Origin: Halococcus sediminicola
Lineage (GTDB): Archaea > Halobacteriota > Halobacteria > Halobacteriales > Halococcaceae
NCBI RefSeq assembly: GCF_000755245.1
Contig: NZ_BBMP01000004.1
Span: forward strand, 8,736-32,735
DNA: 24,000 bases
Direction: 5' to 3'
The notes beneath the pieces are model-generated. The model worked only from the letters and a program-made list of their open reading frames with translations, was not told the DNA's origin and did no database searches. The position numbers and the translations under genes were made by a program. The stretch's first letter is position 1. The number at the start of each line of letters is the position of its first letter. Shown here one piece after another: positions 23,923 through 24,000 of this stretch.

Positions 23923-24000
23923 ATGAGCGACAACGCAGCCGCCGGGACCGCCGAGGCGCAGGGACCCGTCGAGATCGACGAGGAACTCGCCCGCCATCTC
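23923..24000 (+). CDS. Hypothetical protein, 5' part only (runs off the window)
   Basis: ATG 23923 opens MSDNAAAGTAEAQGPVEIDEELARHL..., acidic and open to the window end. Too short to assign. Confidence 0.35.
   Translation, partial: MSDNAAAGTAEAQGPVEIDEELARHL

Overview
The window looks like haloarchaeal (class Halobacteria) chromosomal DNA. Evidence: high G+C, strongly acidic predicted proteins, Tat/lipobox signal peptides, and the archaeal markers TFE, TBP and aTrm56. I see three zones.

(1) nt 1-8,790 holds moderately G+C-rich accessory metabolism genes:
- a sulfur-handling module (MBL-fold hydrolase, two YeeE/YedE-type membrane proteins, a DUF2270 membrane protein and a Cys-bearing wHTH regulator);
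- a PPOX-family gene broken by an in-frame TGA;
- an MFS transporter, a small secreted protein, an aldo/keto reductase and a choloylglycine-hydrolase-family Ntn hydrolase.

(2) nt ~8,790-17,960 is a visibly lower-G+C, decayed accessory island. By hand count, nt 16501-16560 are 24/60 G+C versus 44/60 for nt 19081-19140. The island contains:
- gene remnants: a 5'-truncated and frameshifted ABC ATPase, a PHP/HisJ C-terminal fragment, a one-repeat TBP, a frameshifted DUF5518-like gene, a frameshifted C2H2 zinc finger and an orphan wHTH fragment;
- many small membrane-protein ORFs and an intact CPBP/Abi intramembrane protease;
- an ORF-free, hairpin-dense tract of about 1 kb (12,260-13,240).

(3) nt 17,990-24,000 is a G+C-rich conserved core: an acidic Gly/Met-rich protein, DUF2797, a BsuPI-like inhibitor, an SDR epimerase, a DsbA-like Tat lipoprotein, trm56, tfe, DUF2110 and a lipoprotein.

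I found no rRNA, tRNA, CRISPR array, intact transposase or integrase. I could not establish a complete new multi-gene system. The most unusual signal is the structured non-coding tract at 12.3-13.2 kb. Second is the CPBP protease with its small-ORF neighbourhood and a shared promoter-like motif. All family assignments rest on motif recognition by eye, not on database searches.
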